DNA of 44,764 bases from a virus (lineage: Duplodnaviria; Caudoviricetes): positions 1-44,764 of the IMG/VR virus record IMGVR_UViG_3300025267_000026. One strand, given 5' to 3'. Position 1 is the first letter of the stretch; the number at the start of each line of letters is the position of its first letter. The position numbers and the translations under genes are program-made. This document shows, piece after piece, positions 9,463 to 18,087 of the stretch. The notes beneath the pieces are model-generated. The model searched no databases. It saw only the letters and a list, made by a program, of their open reading frames with translations, and was not told where the DNA came from.

Positions 9463-11158
9463 CCTAGATAACGTTAGAGATTCAATCTTAAGTAGTAACG
9501 ACCACTTTGTTGCTGTTGATACGGAAACAACAGGACTTGATTGGACAACGGATCAAGCATTTGGCGTATCGTTGGCGTGGGATAATCAAGGAATATTCAT
9601 TCGTAATACCGATTATGGCACTAACAATATCGGTATGTTAATGAATGCTTTATTTGCAGCCAACCACAAGACTTTTGTGTTTCATAATGCCGAATTTGAT
9701 TTGCATATGTTGAGAGCAACATATGGTGCAGGTATGCCGACGAATATAGTAGATACATTGAGGTTAGCATATCTGAAGAATCCTGCTGAATCGCATGGAT
9801 TGAAAGATTTAGGCGAATTAGAGTTTGGTGCTGCTGCTGGGGCTGCGGAAGATACGATTAAGGCATATATCAAGCAATACAGGCTTAAATCATATATTCA
9901 GGTTCCATCAGAATTTATGGATCCATATGCGGTGTTAGACACTGTTTTAACAAAAGCATTAGCGCATTTGTATATCGATGAGGTCATGGCCGATAGTTTA
10001 TTTTTGTTTAAAGTTGAACATAAATTGATTCCTATCATCGTAAAAATGGAAGAAGAAGGACTTCGGGTTGACACGGAATATATTAATCAATTATTAAAAG
10101 AATTTCGTGTGGAACAACGAGTAATTCAAGAGTCTCTCTATGAGATTATCGGTAAACATGTGGATATTGCATCTACTAAACAATTGCAGGAATACTTTTA
10201 TGACCGTCTACGGATTACTCCCCCTGCGGAAACCGAGACTGGACAGCGTAGCGTTAATGAAAAATCATTGGAGAAGATTAAACATCCTATCGGTACTAAA
10301 GTTGCTGAGTTAGTTTTACGATGGCGTAACCTCAATAAGTTAGCTAGTACCTACCTGGAACCATATAAAGACTTAAACGGTCGGGTACATCCACATTGGA
10401 ATGCGACAGGTACTCGTACTGGTAGATTTAGTAGTAGTAATCCTAACTTGCAGAACATACCGAAGGACGATAAAATTCGACGGATATTTATTCCTGATAA
10501 TGAGTTTTTTGATTTCGACTTCTCTCAAGTGGAGCTACGTATAGCAGCCGATATTTCTGGACAACGTAATATGATTAAAGCATTTCAAGAAGATGCTGAT
10601 ATGCATACCTATACGGCAGCTATGGTATTAAGTAAGGAAATGGGAGATGTGACTAAAGCGGAACGTCAGATTGGTAAGCATTTAAATTTCAGTGTGATTT
10701 ATGGATCCGGCAGTAATGGTATTCAACAAAAGCTAGGTATGACCAAAGGTCAAGCTGATCAGGTACTCAACTATTTTCACACAAGTTTTCCACAACTTCG
10801 TGCTCAGTCTAAATATCTACAACGACAAGCGGAACGTGACGGTTATGTTCGTACTCTTTTTGGGCGTAAGTTGCCTGTGAATCCTGAGAAAACATTTACG
10901 GCTGGCAATTATGTAGTACAAGGTTCTGCTGGTGATATTTTGAAGATTGCCTTACTTAAGACTGCCAAATATGTTGATAGTGTTGGCGGTAAAATGCGGA
11001 ATACGGTTCATGATCAAATTCTATTTGATAATGTAGATGAAACGCATGGTGAAGAGATAAGAAATATTATGCAGGACTTTAAACTGGCTTCGGATATTCC
11101 ACTTAAGGTAGATTTACAGCGGTCTAAGGTATCATGGGGGGATTTGGTACATGACTAG
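9395..11158 (+). CDS. polA: Family A DNA polymerase with 3'-5' exonuclease, no 5'-3' exonuclease
   Basis: ExoI VDTETTG, ExoII FHNAEFD, ExoIII YAVLD, TRTGRFSSSNPNLQNIP, motif A DFSQVELR, motif B RQIGKHLNFSVIYG, motif C VHDQ. The start could be TTG 9410 after GGAG. Confidence 0.95.
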   Translation: MELLELVQAPKKLPSYNLFDTTNLDNVRDSILSSNDHFVAVDTETTGLDWTTDQAFGVSLAWDNQGIFIRNTDYGTNNIGMLMNALFAANHKTFVFHNAEFDLHMLRATYGAGMPTNIVDTLRLAYLKNPAESHGLKDLGELEFGAAAGAAEDTIKAYIKQYRLKSYIQVPSEFMDPYAVLDTVLTKALAHLYIDEVMADSLFLFKVEHKLIPIIVKMEEEGLRVDTEYINQLLKEFRVEQRVIQESLYEIIGKHVDIASTKQLQEYFYDRLRITPPAETETGQRSVNEKSLEKIKHPIGTKVAELVLRWRNLNKLASTYLEPYKDLNGRVHPHWNATGTRTGRFSSSNPNLQNIPKDDKIRRIFIPDNEFFDFDFSQVELRIAADISGQRNMIKAFQEDADMHTYTAAMVLSKEMGDVTKAERQIGKHLNFSVIYGSGSNGIQQKLGMTKGQADQVLNYFHTSFPQLRAQSKYLQRQAERDGYVRTLFGRKLPVNPEKTFTAGNYVVQGSAGDILKIALLKTAKYVDSVGGKMRNTVHDQILFDNVDETHGEEIRNIMQDFKLASDIPLKVDLQRSKVSWGDLVHD

Positions 11159-12122
11159 TATTGATATTAATAGCGTAGTTTCTAGTATTAATAAAGAGCT
11201 TAAGACTAATCTAGTGGTGGGGGATGATGATGCCTTAAATACTGTGCGTATTCCTACTGGTATGCCAGCCCTAGATAGGATGTTAGGTGGGGGAGTACCT
11301 AGACGGGCGGTCACGGAACTCTTTGGGTACCAATCATCAGGTAAAACGTACATCAGTCAACGTATCATTGCACATGCCCAGACGTTGGGCTACACCTGTG
11401 GTTTTATTGATGCTGAATTTTCTTATGATCCTGAGTGGTCAGCTAATATAGGTATTGTTACCAAGGATTTGATAGTATCGCGTCCAGATACGGGAGAACG
11501 GGCCTTAGATGTTTTACTGGCCTTATGTGAACAAGGCATTGATTTAGTAGTTCTTGATTCCATAGCTGCTTTATTGCCTACGGCTGAAGCCAAAGAAGGT
11601 ATGGATCATTTGAGTATTGGTTTACAAGCAAGATTAATGAATCAACTATTTCGAAAGTTGGCTCCTTCTAATGACAATACTGCTGTGATATTGATTAATC
11701 AGATTAGAGCGGGTATCGGTGGTTATATTACTCGTGACGCCCTCCCTGGCGGTAAGGGGCAAGAATTTTTCTCTCGTATTATAGTCCGTGTGAAAAAAGG
11801 TGAGACAATTGGAGAGCAAAAGGATCCTCAAGGATTCTTTATTGAGATGAAGGCTGAGAAAAATAAGACGTATACGCCCTTATTAACCTCCAGTGTGCCT
11901 TTTTACTATACAGGTTTATCTAATCCCATCTATGAAGCATTCATGCTGGCCTCAGATTTAGGAGTTATTGTTCGCAATGGGCCTCAATATACTTACCCTG
12001 ATAAAGAAACTGGTGAAATTCTTCATAAAGCATTGGGTAGAGAGAAATTCTTACAATTGATGAAAGATGATGAAAGTCTTAGAACATCTATTGAGGATGA
12101 AATAAGGAGCAAAGGGTTATGA
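11151..12122 (+). CDS. recA: RecA/UvsX recombinase
   Basis: IPTG..LDRMLGGGVPR, ELFGYQSSGKT, FIDAE, VVLDSIAAL, GLQARLM, INQIR, PGG. Confidence 0.95.
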   Translation: MTSIDINSVVSSINKELKTNLVVGDDDALNTVRIPTGMPALDRMLGGGVPRRAVTELFGYQSSGKTYISQRIIAHAQTLGYTCGFIDAEFSYDPEWSANIGIVTKDLIVSRPDTGERALDVLLALCEQGIDLVVLDSIAALLPTAEAKEGMDHLSIGLQARLMNQLFRKLAPSNDNTAVILINQIRAGIGGYITRDALPGGKGQEFFSRIIVRVKKGETIGEQKDPQGFFIEMKAEKNKTYTPLLTSSVPFYYTGLSNPIYEAFMLASDLGVIVRNGPQYTYPDKETGEILHKALGREKFLQLMKDDESLRTSIEDEIRSKGL

Positions 12123-12583
12123 CTGCACCACAGTCAGTTGGTACATTAGCGGGTGATTTAGATAGTATTCTTAGAAGCTTTGCGAGCATGCTTGAGGGTA
12201 TTTATCATATAGATGAAGAATTAGCTGCTGATATGGCAGAGAAGTTTTCTAATAAGCTACGTGAGAATGCTAGGGCTATATATGCTGAAATGACGGCTGA
12301 AATTAGTGAAGGATTGAAGAAGCCCCCTAAAAAATCACGTAAACGCAAAGTTAAAGCTGAAATTATAGAGTACGACGAATTAATTGATTCTCCCGACCGT
12401 GCTATTGGTCAAGAAGAATTACCAGAGAATGAGAATACGTTATTGCATGCTGATGATCCTGGTGATGTTGATATGTTGGCCGAACGATTACTGAGCAATA
12501 CTCGTCTTACTGACCGTGCTGGTGGCTCAACTACTTCTAGTTGGGATACTAATAATCCTACTATGCGACGTATTAATACATGA
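12119..12583 (+). CDS. Hypothetical protein (154 aa)
   Basis: ATGA-coupled to both neighbours. Contains a basic patch followed by an acidic region. Confidence 0.7.
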   Translation: MTAPQSVGTLAGDLDSILRSFASMLEGIYHIDEELAADMAEKFSNKLRENARAIYAEMTAEISEGLKKPPKKSRKRKVKAEIIEYDELIDSPDRAIGQEELPENENTLLHADDPGDVDMLAERLLSNTRLTDRAGGSTTSSWDTNNPTMRRINT

Positions 12584-12900
12584 GACCCGAACCTCGTAAG
12601 AAAGATACTCCAGAGCAGTTCTTAATGGCTTCTTGGGTTAAAGAAGCTGGCTTTGGCAGTATATTAGAGCAAGACTTTGAGCCGTATGTAGTGGATATAT
12701 ACATCCCTGATTTAGCTTTAGCCTTAGAGATTGATGGCCCATACCATATGACTCGTAGGGATGAATATCGGGATGTATATATTCGAACTCATTATGATAT
12801 TGACATATGGAGGTATCCGCTAAAGATTGTTAAACCATCTTTTAAAATCGAATTTATAGATAATTTATTAAAGTATGCTCAGGAGCAAATAAATGCCTAA
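12580..12900 (+). CDS. DUF559/Vsr-like endonuclease
   Basis: TPEQ..QDFEPYVVDIY..LALEIDGPYH..RDEYRD pattern. Confidence 0.8.
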   Translation: MRPEPRKKDTPEQFLMASWVKEAGFGSILEQDFEPYVVDIYIPDLALALEIDGPYHMTRRDEYRDVYIRTHYDIDIWRYPLKIVKPSFKIEFIDNLLKYAQEQINA

Positions 12901-13612
12901 GCTAAGTCAAATCTTAGATACTAGGGATCGAACCTTAAATAAGCATTGGATTGAATCTACATTCGATGAGTATGATTTAACACATCAACGCCCATCATAT
13001 AAACGAACTCATTTTAGTCCTTCGCAAGCGCATTTATGTCCACGAGCCTTATATTATTACATGTTAGGATACAACCAAGATTCAATAGCTCCTCAGCAGT
13101 TACGACGTATGAGCATAGGTACTGTCTTTCATGAATTCATAGAGAAGAAGTTAGTGGAAACTGGACTCATGGTATCCTCTGAACAAGAAATTATGTATGA
13201 TGACCCACCTATTAGAGGATTCTATGATGCAATCATTAAACGTCCATCTGATGATAAAGAAATTTTATTAGAATTGAAAAGTATGGCGGAACCGAAGCCG
13301 GTTGGTAAAAAGGATCATGGGTATGAGACATTTTTACCCAGGCATGATCATCTGATTCAGTGGAATCTGTATTCATTGATGACAGGAATTGATGAAGGAG
13401 TTATTTTTTATATTGTTAAGAATACCCAAGAATATATCATCTGTGAGACAGAACGTAATCAATCTATTATTGATACGACATTAGAGAAGTTTCGCTTAGT
13501 ACAAGAATATCTTGATAGTGGTGAACATTTTCCATATCAACCAGATTGGAGACATGATTGGTGTAACTATCAAGTTACATGTGAAAAAGATTATTTTATA
13601 AAAGGAATTTAA
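12893..13612 (+). CDS. Cas4-like PD-(D/E)xK exonuclease (solo, phage recombination type)
   Basis: SPSQ..CPRALYY, GTVFH, RGFYDAII, LLELKS, QWNLY, C-terminal WCNYQVTC. Confidence 0.8.
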   Translation: MPKLSQILDTRDRTLNKHWIESTFDEYDLTHQRPSYKRTHFSPSQAHLCPRALYYYMLGYNQDSIAPQQLRRMSIGTVFHEFIEKKLVETGLMVSSEQEIMYDDPPIRGFYDAIIKRPSDDKEILLELKSMAEPKPVGKKDHGYETFLPRHDHLIQWNLYSLMTGIDEGVIFYIVKNTQEYIICETERNQSIIDTTLEKFRLVQEYLDSGEHFPYQPDWRHDWCNYQVTCEKDYFIKGI

Positions 13613-13613
13613 C

Positions 13614-14093
13614 ATGGTTAAAGTATCTACATTTTTAGCTAAGGCAGCGGAATTACATAACGTTGATATCACATACCCAATACCAGAACGACCTGAAGGT
13701 AACCATCATTACACTTTTCCTATTAATGCCGACCGTTTAACGGATGTTGAAATAGATAATTGGCTTTTATTTTTAGGCGCATGGCGAAGTTATCTCAATT
13801 ATCAGATATCTCGGCTAGATGGTGAGTATTCGGTTCTTTCGGAAGGTTATGATTTACTTTTATCATCTAAAGTTGCAGTTTTAGAAAAGGAATCAGAGAA
13901 ACGTCTTCTTAAGGATTCTCTAAAAGGGCAAGCTCTTGCCGACGATGATCAATTACAACAACTTAAAATTCGGACTATCGAACTTAATGGTGAATTGAAA
14001 TTATTGAAAGGCCGTTTGAGCCTATATGATTCTCAATTTGATACCCTCAGTCGTGTAATCACACGACGTGGACAAGAACGTTTCAAGCTATGA
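13614..14093 (+). CDS. Coiled-coil protein, possibly a UvsY-like recombination mediator
   Basis: Helical heptad pattern ending LSRVITRR, between the exonuclease and the resolvase. Function inferred from context. Confidence 0.45.
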   Translation: MVKVSTFLAKAAELHNVDITYPIPERPEGNHHYTFPINADRLTDVEIDNWLLFLGAWRSYLNYQISRLDGEYSVLSEGYDLLLSSKVAVLEKESEKRLLKDSLKGQALADDDQLQQLKIRTIELNGELKLLKGRLSLYDSQFDTLSRVITRRGQERFKL

Positions 14094-14551
14094 GTATCTT
14101 GGGGCTAGACATTAGTACCTCGAAAATAGCCATCGCAACCCTTTCCTTAGATGGTTACCATGTGGTAGAATTGATCTCTAAATCTAGATCATGGGAAACG
14201 AGACTTAAAGAGTTATATGCCCAGTTTCTTCCGTGGGTAGCCACAAATGTTTCCCCAAACGATTTGGTTTGTATTGAGGATATTCCTCTCGTTCAGAATC
14301 GTCAGTCTTTGATTAAGTTGATTCATGTATTAGCCATGTGTCGTGTTGTATTTATGGAACATGACATGGATGTCTTCACAGTCAATGTGAAGACGTGGAA
14401 AAAGGATGTCATTGGTGATGGTGGAGCCGATAAGGATAAGGTAAAAGCGATGGCTATTAAAATTTTAGGTGATGATATTGGTAAACTATCACAAGATGCT
14501 ATTGATGCATTAATGATAGCTAAATGGGGCGAGTTACGTGTATCTCCATAG
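14090..14551 (+). CDS. ruvC: RuvC-like Holliday junction resolvase
   Basis: ILGLDIS, VCIED, WKKDVIGDGGADKDKV, DAIDALMIA. Confidence 0.88.
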   Translation: MSILGLDISTSKIAIATLSLDGYHVVELISKSRSWETRLKELYAQFLPWVATNVSPNDLVCIEDIPLVQNRQSLIKLIHVLAMCRVVFMEHDMDVFTVNVKTWKKDVIGDGGADKDKVKAMAIKILGDDIGKLSQDAIDALMIAKWGELRVSP

Positions 14552-14581
14552 TGGAATAAAAATTTATAGATTCTGGTAATT

Positions 14582-14629
14582 AAACGGCTTCTGGTTAGTA
14601 TCTGAGGCACCGAAGCCGTTTTTTATTTT
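14582..14629 (+). terminator. Rho-independent terminator closing the replication/recombination operon
   Basis: AAACGGCTTC (14582-91) pairs with GAAGCCGTTT (14612-21), extended by GGT/ACC, followed by a T-tract. Confidence 0.75.
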
Positions 14630-14644
14630 GTAAAAAAAAATGGA

Positions 14645-17600
14645 GTGAGGAAAGTGAAAGCAGCTACATATAACCTGACGGATAACGCTTCTAAAATTTT
14701 AGAGAGGAGGTATTATCTGAAAGATGAGCAGGGAAATCTTATTGAAGATGCTGAAGGTATGTTCAATAGGGTAGCCCGTACTATGGCCGAGGTTGAATAT
14801 AAGTATGGGGCTACCGAATATCAGGTCAAAGAATTGGAAGAAACATTCTTTGATGTGATGTGGGCTTTGGATTTTGTTCCGAATAGTCCTACTCTTATGA
14901 ATGCGGGTACTGGTCAAGGAACTATGTCTGCCTGCTACGTTATGGATATTCCAGATAGCATGGAAGACATTATGCGTGTGGCGCATGATCAAGCCATGAT
15001 TGAAAAATTTGGCGGGGGGATAGGATTTAGTCTTTCAGCAGTACGTCCGAAAGGACACGGAATTTCTACTACGCAGGGTAAGGCATGTGGGCCTATTCAA
15101 GTATTAAAGGTTCTTTCTCAAGTTGGTACCATGATTACTCAGGGTGGAAAACGTGATGGTGCGCATATGGCTATCATGGAAGTTTATCATCCCGATATTG
15201 AAGAATTTATCCATTGTAAAAATACGGAAGGCTCCGTCACTAATTTCAATATTTCGATAGGTGCTGATAGTAATTTCATGGAGGCGGTTAGGCAAGATAA
15301 ATATATACGTTTAGCTTGGCCTCTTGATCATCAGTTTTATGAAGTACCGGATGCTACGATGGATGGTCGTTTTGTAAAAGCTAATGATCTCTATAGTGAA
15401 ATTATTAAAGGTGCTTGGATGAACGGTGAGCCTGGAATGGTATGGCTTGACCGCATTAATCAGGATAATACTACGCCTGCATTAGGTCAGATTAATGCAA
15501 CTAACCCATGTGTTATTAAGGGAACACTCGTTAATACTCCCTTTGGCTATAAACCTGTAGAAATTATTAAAGAAGGGGATTATATAAGCACTCTATTAGG
15601 GTCAGAACCTGTAAAAACAGTTGAAAGACATGAAGCCATTAATGTCTACCGAGTTAAATTTTCGGATGGGGGAGAACAAACAGTTACAGCGGCCCATCAA
15701 TATCACGCGATTAGAAAGGGTAGTGAACGTAAGCACACCCAAAAAATTAGATTAGATGAGTTGAATGTGGGGGATTATGTTCAGGTTTCTCCTGCTACCT
15801 TTACGGATTATGGGATTGACCAATATAAGGATGGGCTTAAATTGGGAATCTTGTTGGGGGATGGAAATTATATGAATTTAAATAGATCCATAAAAATTGC
15901 CTCCTCCTCCGAAGATGGGGAATATAATCATCTAATACAAGAATTGTTTGGTTTGGATGCTTTCAACAAACCTTCTTTGGCATATGATGGCAGTAAATCT
16001 ATGAATATGCTTATGTCTAAAGCGGCTTCTACTGCTGTCGCTACTAAATTAGAGTTAGCCGAAGCGTATTCCTATGAAAAAACATTAGATATTGTTCAGG
16101 TCAGTAGTAATGTGAGTATGGCTTTAGGCGTATTAGATGGATTCTTAGCTACTGATGGGGACATTAATTTAAGTACTAATCATCCACAAATTAGATTTAC
16201 CACTACCTCGCACACATTAGCTCAACAGATTCGTTTATTGCTTCTGGGATTAGGAATTCATGGACGTATTACTAATTCTTTTGATAAGGGCGGCGTGGTA
16301 AATGGTAGGGAAATCATACGGAAGCACACGAAGTATACGGTTAATGTGTCTGGGGCATCAGCCGGGGCATATGCTAGACAGTCTCGACTCGAAGAAATAC
16401 ATCCTGTAAAGGCAGAAAAATTAAAGCAATTACAAACAGATTGGTTGGTGACGGGTAATACATGGAAGACATCTATTCTTTCCATAGAACCTGTTGGAGT
16501 CGCCGAGGTATATGACCTGTATTGTGAAGCATCGGATACGTGGATTACGGAAGGCTATGTGCAACGTGGTTGTGGTGAGCAGCCGCTCCTGTCAGGAGAG
16601 TCCTGTAATCTAGGTAGTATCCATATTGGTAATTTTATTAAACATAATTATTTTGATGAAGAACGTTTTGCCAAAGTTGTAGGTATCTGTACTCGTTTCT
16701 TGGATAACGTTGTTGATGCTAATCAGCATCCTACGGAATACACTACGTTGATGAATCAAGCTACTCGCAAGATTGGTTTGGGAATTATGGGATTTGCTGA
16801 TTTATTGGTGCGGCTTAATATTCCTTATGATAGCGATAATGCATTAACGTTAGCCGATAGGATAGGTTCGATTCTTAAAGCGGAAGCTGATAAGACTTCA
16901 TCTGTAATAGCGCAGCATAAAGGGAATTTTCCAGCATTTGATAAGTCTCCTCTGAATAAGATTAATGGTGGTATGTGGGATACTATGCGTAATGCGTGGA
17001 GGTTATCTATAGCTCCCACGGGTACTATCAGCATGATTGCTAATTGTTCTAGCGGTATTGAGCCTCTATTTGCATTGGCATATAAGAAGCATAATATGTC
17101 TGCTGCATTAGAAAATATGGAACTTTTTTATATCAATGATGATTTAAAGAAAAATCTTGGTATGTCTTACGATGATGTTGAACAATATCTTAACGATGGA
17201 CATAGTATTGACAGTCTAATGGATCCGCAGCTTCGTTCTGTATTCATAGTTAGTGATGAAATCGGATATGAGAATCACATTAAGATGCAAGCAATTTTCC
17301 AAAAATATGTGGATTCAGGCATATCTAAAACTATTAATTTACCTAATGAAGCCACTGAACATGACATTGCTATGGCCTATAGTCAGGCATGGGAATCGGG
17401 GTGCAAAGGCATCACCGTATATCGACGTGGATCTAGAGAACGTGAAGTTCTAGTTTCGACGGCAAATAATACATCTGAATCTATGTCTCCATACGTCTCC
17501 ATTAAAGCTAGGGCTACGAAGTTAGTTGGGGCTACTACTTCATTGAGTACGGGGCATGGCAAAATGTATGTCACCGTTAATTATAATAAAGATCAAATTT

Positions 17601-17977
17601 ATGAGGTTTTGGCCCAAACAGGGAAAACAGGCAAATGTCAGGCAGCTAATACCGAAGCTATGGGGCGTTTGATTTCTACAGCGATTCAGTATGGTGTTCC
17701 AGTAGATGTCATTATAAAACAATTATTAGGAATTACTTGCTGTCCGATATGGAATAACGGTAAAATGGTATTGTCACTTGCTGATGGGATAGGACAGGTG
17801 CTAGCAGACTCTAGTGGGGTTTCTATTCATGCTAATGGGCATGGGGATGCTACTACCTTAGAGAATTTTAGCGAAATAATAGTGGGCGGATCACGTTGTC
17901 CCGAATGTGATGGGTCTCTATTTATGTCCGAAGGATGTTCTTCTTGCATGGAATGTGGTTATTCTAAATGCGGGTAG
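14645..17977 (+). CDS. nrdJ: Class II (adenosylcobalamin-dependent) ribonucleotide reductase with intein, C-terminal TSCPD-like domain and zinc ribbon
   Basis: PNSPTLMNAG, SACYV, GGGIG, QGGKRDGAHM, ATNP|CGEQPL, CNLGS, RKIGLGIMG, IAPTGTIS, SGISKTINL, CKGITVYR, CPEC..CSSCMECGYSKC. No nrdB in the window. Confidence 0.93.
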   Translation: MRKVKAATYNLTDNASKILERRYYLKDEQGNLIEDAEGMFNRVARTMAEVEYKYGATEYQVKELEETFFDVMWALDFVPNSPTLMNAGTGQGTMSACYVMDIPDSMEDIMRVAHDQAMIEKFGGGIGFSLSAVRPKGHGISTTQGKACGPIQVLKVLSQVGTMITQGGKRDGAHMAIMEVYHPDIEEFIHCKNTEGSVTNFNISIGADSNFMEAVRQDKYIRLAWPLDHQFYEVPDATMDGRFVKANDLYSEIIKGAWMNGEPGMVWLDRINQDNTTPALGQINATNPCVIKGTLVNTPFGYKPVEIIKEGDYISTLLGSEPVKTVERHEAINVYRVKFSDGGEQTVTAAHQYHAIRKGSERKHTQKIRLDELNVGDYVQVSPATFTDYGIDQYKDGLKLGILLGDGNYMNLNRSIKIASSSEDGEYNHLIQELFGLDAFNKPSLAYDGSKSMNMLMSKAASTAVATKLELAEAYSYEKTLDIVQVSSNVSMALGVLDGFLATDGDINLSTNHPQIRFTTTSHTLAQQIRLLLLGLGIHGRITNSFDKGGVVNGREIIRKHTKYTVNVSGASAGAYARQSRLEEIHPVKAEKLKQLQTDWLVTGNTWKTSILSIEPVGVAEVYDLYCEASDTWITEGYVQRGCGEQPLLSGESCNLGSIHIGNFIKHNYFDEERFAKVVGICTRFLDNVVDANQHPTEYTTLMNQATRKIGLGIMGFADLLVRLNIPYDSDNALTLADRIGSILKAEADKTSSVIAQHKGNFPAFDKSPLNKINGGMWDTMRNAWRLSIAPTGTISMIANCSSGIEPLFALAYKKHNMSAALENMELFYINDDLKKNLGMSYDDVEQYLNDGHSIDSLMDPQLRSVFIVSDEIGYENHIKMQAIFQKYVDSGISKTINLPNEATEHDIAMAYSQAWESGCKGITVYRRGSREREVLVSTANNTSESMSPYVSIKARATKLVGATTSLSTGHGKMYVTVNYNKDQIYEVLAQTGKTGKCQAANTEAMGRLISTAIQYGVPVDVIIKQLLGITCCPIWNNGKMVLSLADGIGQVLADSSGVSIHANGHGDATTLENFSEIIVGGSRCPECDGSLFMSEGCSSCMECGYSKCG
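15509..16570 (+). mobile_element. Intein (354 aa) with LAGLIDADG endonuclease and atypical C-terminus (QRG)
   Basis: Splits NP|CGE. Starts CVIKGT, block B TAAH, LGILLGDG and LDGFLATDG motifs, block F VYDL, ends EGYVQRG before the +1 Cys. Confidence 0.9.
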
Positions 17978-17982
17978 TGGCG

Positions 17983-18078
17983 ATGCATGAAAACATTTTA
18001 GTTTATGGAATGATTATAGCAGCGGTAGCCGATGTGGTTACCGCTGTCGCATGCTGGTTGCTTGTTTTCACGATATAA
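17983..18078 (+). CDS. Possible 31 aa membrane peptide
   Basis: My translation is MHENILVYGMIIAAVADVVTAVACWLLVFTI. It fills the gap after nrdJ and contains a 12-bp hairpin (18019-18047). Confidence 0.35.
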   Translation: MHENILVYGMIIAAVADVVTAVACWLLVFTI

Positions 18079-18087
18079 AAGTGTGAT

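Noticed and set aside
12893-13612. CRISPR-associated cas4
   Set aside because: No cas1, cas2 or array nearby. It sits among recA and ruvC, as solo phage exonucleases do.
14631-14644. A9 homopolymer before nrdJ as a frameshift or phase-variation site
   Set aside because: In-frame GTG starts with a usable RBS exist downstream, so no shift is needed.
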